Part shown: positions 62,487-64,000 of the stretch, in pieces
How positions within the stretch are numbered: position 1 is the stretch's first letter
Layout of the letters: each line of letters opens with the position of its first letter
Source: Gracilinanus agilis
Lineage: Eukaryota
Length of the DNA stretch: 64,000 bases
Direction of reading: 5' to 3'
Assembly: GCF_016433145.1 (NCBI RefSeq)
Contig: NC_058132.1
Span: forward strand, 86,641,166-86,705,165
Translations under genes and position numbers: made by a program
The notes under the pieces: generated by a model
Told to the model about the DNA's origin: nothing
What the model saw: the letters and a program-made list of their open reading frames with translations, nothing else
Databases searched by the model: none

Positions 62487-64000
62487 TACCTATCTTCTTC
62501 CATCTATCTAAGCAGTCTCCTATCTGATATAATCTAGAACATCACTCAGATGGTGATGGAGTATGTTTCCTAAGGAAACTTGCCCTTGCAGATCTTTCCT
62601 GGTGGAGAAAGAGCAGCAGTGATGTGACTTCTAGAATGAATTCAGCCTTGTGGTCTGGTTTCATAAGAGTGCGCCATATTGCTCAGGGTGGGAGCATGAC
62701 ACCATGTGGAGGGGAAATGGAGTTGAGAGCAACTGAGATTGGTGGGAACTCTGGTGAACTTCACTCGAAGCAGGCAGCACACTTGCCATAGAAGGTAACA
62801 CTTCAGATCTTTCATATGGGCAAATGAAGTCCTGGATTTTGACCGTTTCCCATAAATGGACAATTTCAGAAGTTTAAACCTAGTGGGATGGAGGCCTGAA
62901 GCATGAGCCTTAAATCAGTGGAGACATTAGAGTCTTAAAGGAGTGTGTTCTCTTTCCTCAGCAGCTGAGAGGTCCCCTTCCTATTTATATTTTCCTTAGA
63001 ATGTGATCAATTTTTTAAAGGTATTGTTGATATTGAAAACTAGGATATACATTTTTAGATTCCCATTGAAAATCACTAAGGTCCAGTTTCTTACTTGTTT
63101 ATCTTTCTGTTAGATTTGTTTCAATTATAGAGGCATACTGAAGTTGCACAAAATTATTATTTTATTATCTGGGCATTTTGACAAGTCAGTTAATTTTTTC
63201 CTCTAAGTACTTGAATGCCATACCATTCAGTCGCATATATACTTAAACTGATATTGTTCATTATTTGTGATGCTTTTAAATGTAATTTAGTTTCTTTGTT
63301 TATCTTTCATGCTAGTAATATTTTTACTGTTGCCATGTTTGAAAAAAATGATTGTAACTCTTTTTCTGAAGCTCAATAAATTGTACTCCAACTCCTCATT
63401 TTAACTTTCTGTGAATTTTTGGTTCTTGGTAGGGTTATTATATGAATCAAATCATGGGTTTACTTTTTTATTGAAAACCCTGTGGTAGCTATTTTGATGA
63501 TTTGGGATAACAACAACTGGAACTTGAAAGAAAAATCAATTGCACAGCCGTGAATACAGTGGCTGAAGTTCCAAAAGGAAGAGAGAAAACAGCATCCTGA
63601 GAAAAATCTTTCCCTCCATCATTGCTATTCATCATCTTTAGATGGGTGTACATGCTTATTGTACAAGAACTTCAGCATCTCCGAGAAGAGAATTGGCCTA
63701 CAGAAATAAATCTTTACAGATGTGTCCCCATCATATTCCTCAAGTTGAGAGGATTAACCTTCATGTCTAGACTATGACTCAAGTCTAGTATTCATTGTAA
63801 CTGATATTAGCAAGCCAATGTTAAAATAAATTATAATCATCTGCCTCCATAATAATATGGGGGGAGGGATGGGAGGGCACTGTTCTGAGACAATAGATTT
63901 ACCAATTTCCCTATGCCACAATGGACACTAGCCTGAGAGCATGAATGAATCTGCTGCAAATATTAGTAGTTTAGACTCTAGCCATAACAAAGATCATGCC

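Noticed and set aside
1-64000. Remaining 60-160 aa ORFs; CRISPR arrays, rRNA/tRNA genes or prokaryotic defence systems
   Set aside because: The short ORFs are antisense or alternate frames of the ORs, TE remnants or low-complexity DNA. I saw no repeat-spacer array or structured RNA gene, and the tRNA-like heads belong to SINEs.

Overview
Eukaryotic, AT-rich, CpG-poor DNA from a marsupial, most likely the opossum Monodelphis domestica or a close didelphid (SINE1_Mdo-type, MAR1, WALLSI/RTE-type SINEs and L1_Mdo-type LINEs recognised from memory). The window is part of a class I ('fish-like') olfactory receptor cluster. It holds four intact single-coding-exon OR genes, all on the + strand: an OR51-family gene (3397-4341), an OR52A-like gene lacking the second ECL2 cysteine pair (14866-15834), an OR52X1-like gene (46983-47933) and an OR52L1 orthologue (61533-62486). 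Between them lie a decayed RPLP2 retrocopy, L1/L2/CR1 fragments, about eight ERV LTRs (one followed by a tRNA-Arg primer-binding site), three hAT MITEs with intact TIRs/TSDs, a probable hAT transposase fossil, microsatellites and a 180-N assembly gap. I found no prokaryote-type system (CRISPR etc.) and no convincingly novel protein-coding system. The most notable items are the atypical OR52 receptor, the OR gene order, candidate regulatory elements and transposon fossils. Repeat family names and orthology calls are from recall, not database searches, and most repeat boundaries are approximate unless a TSD is quoted.
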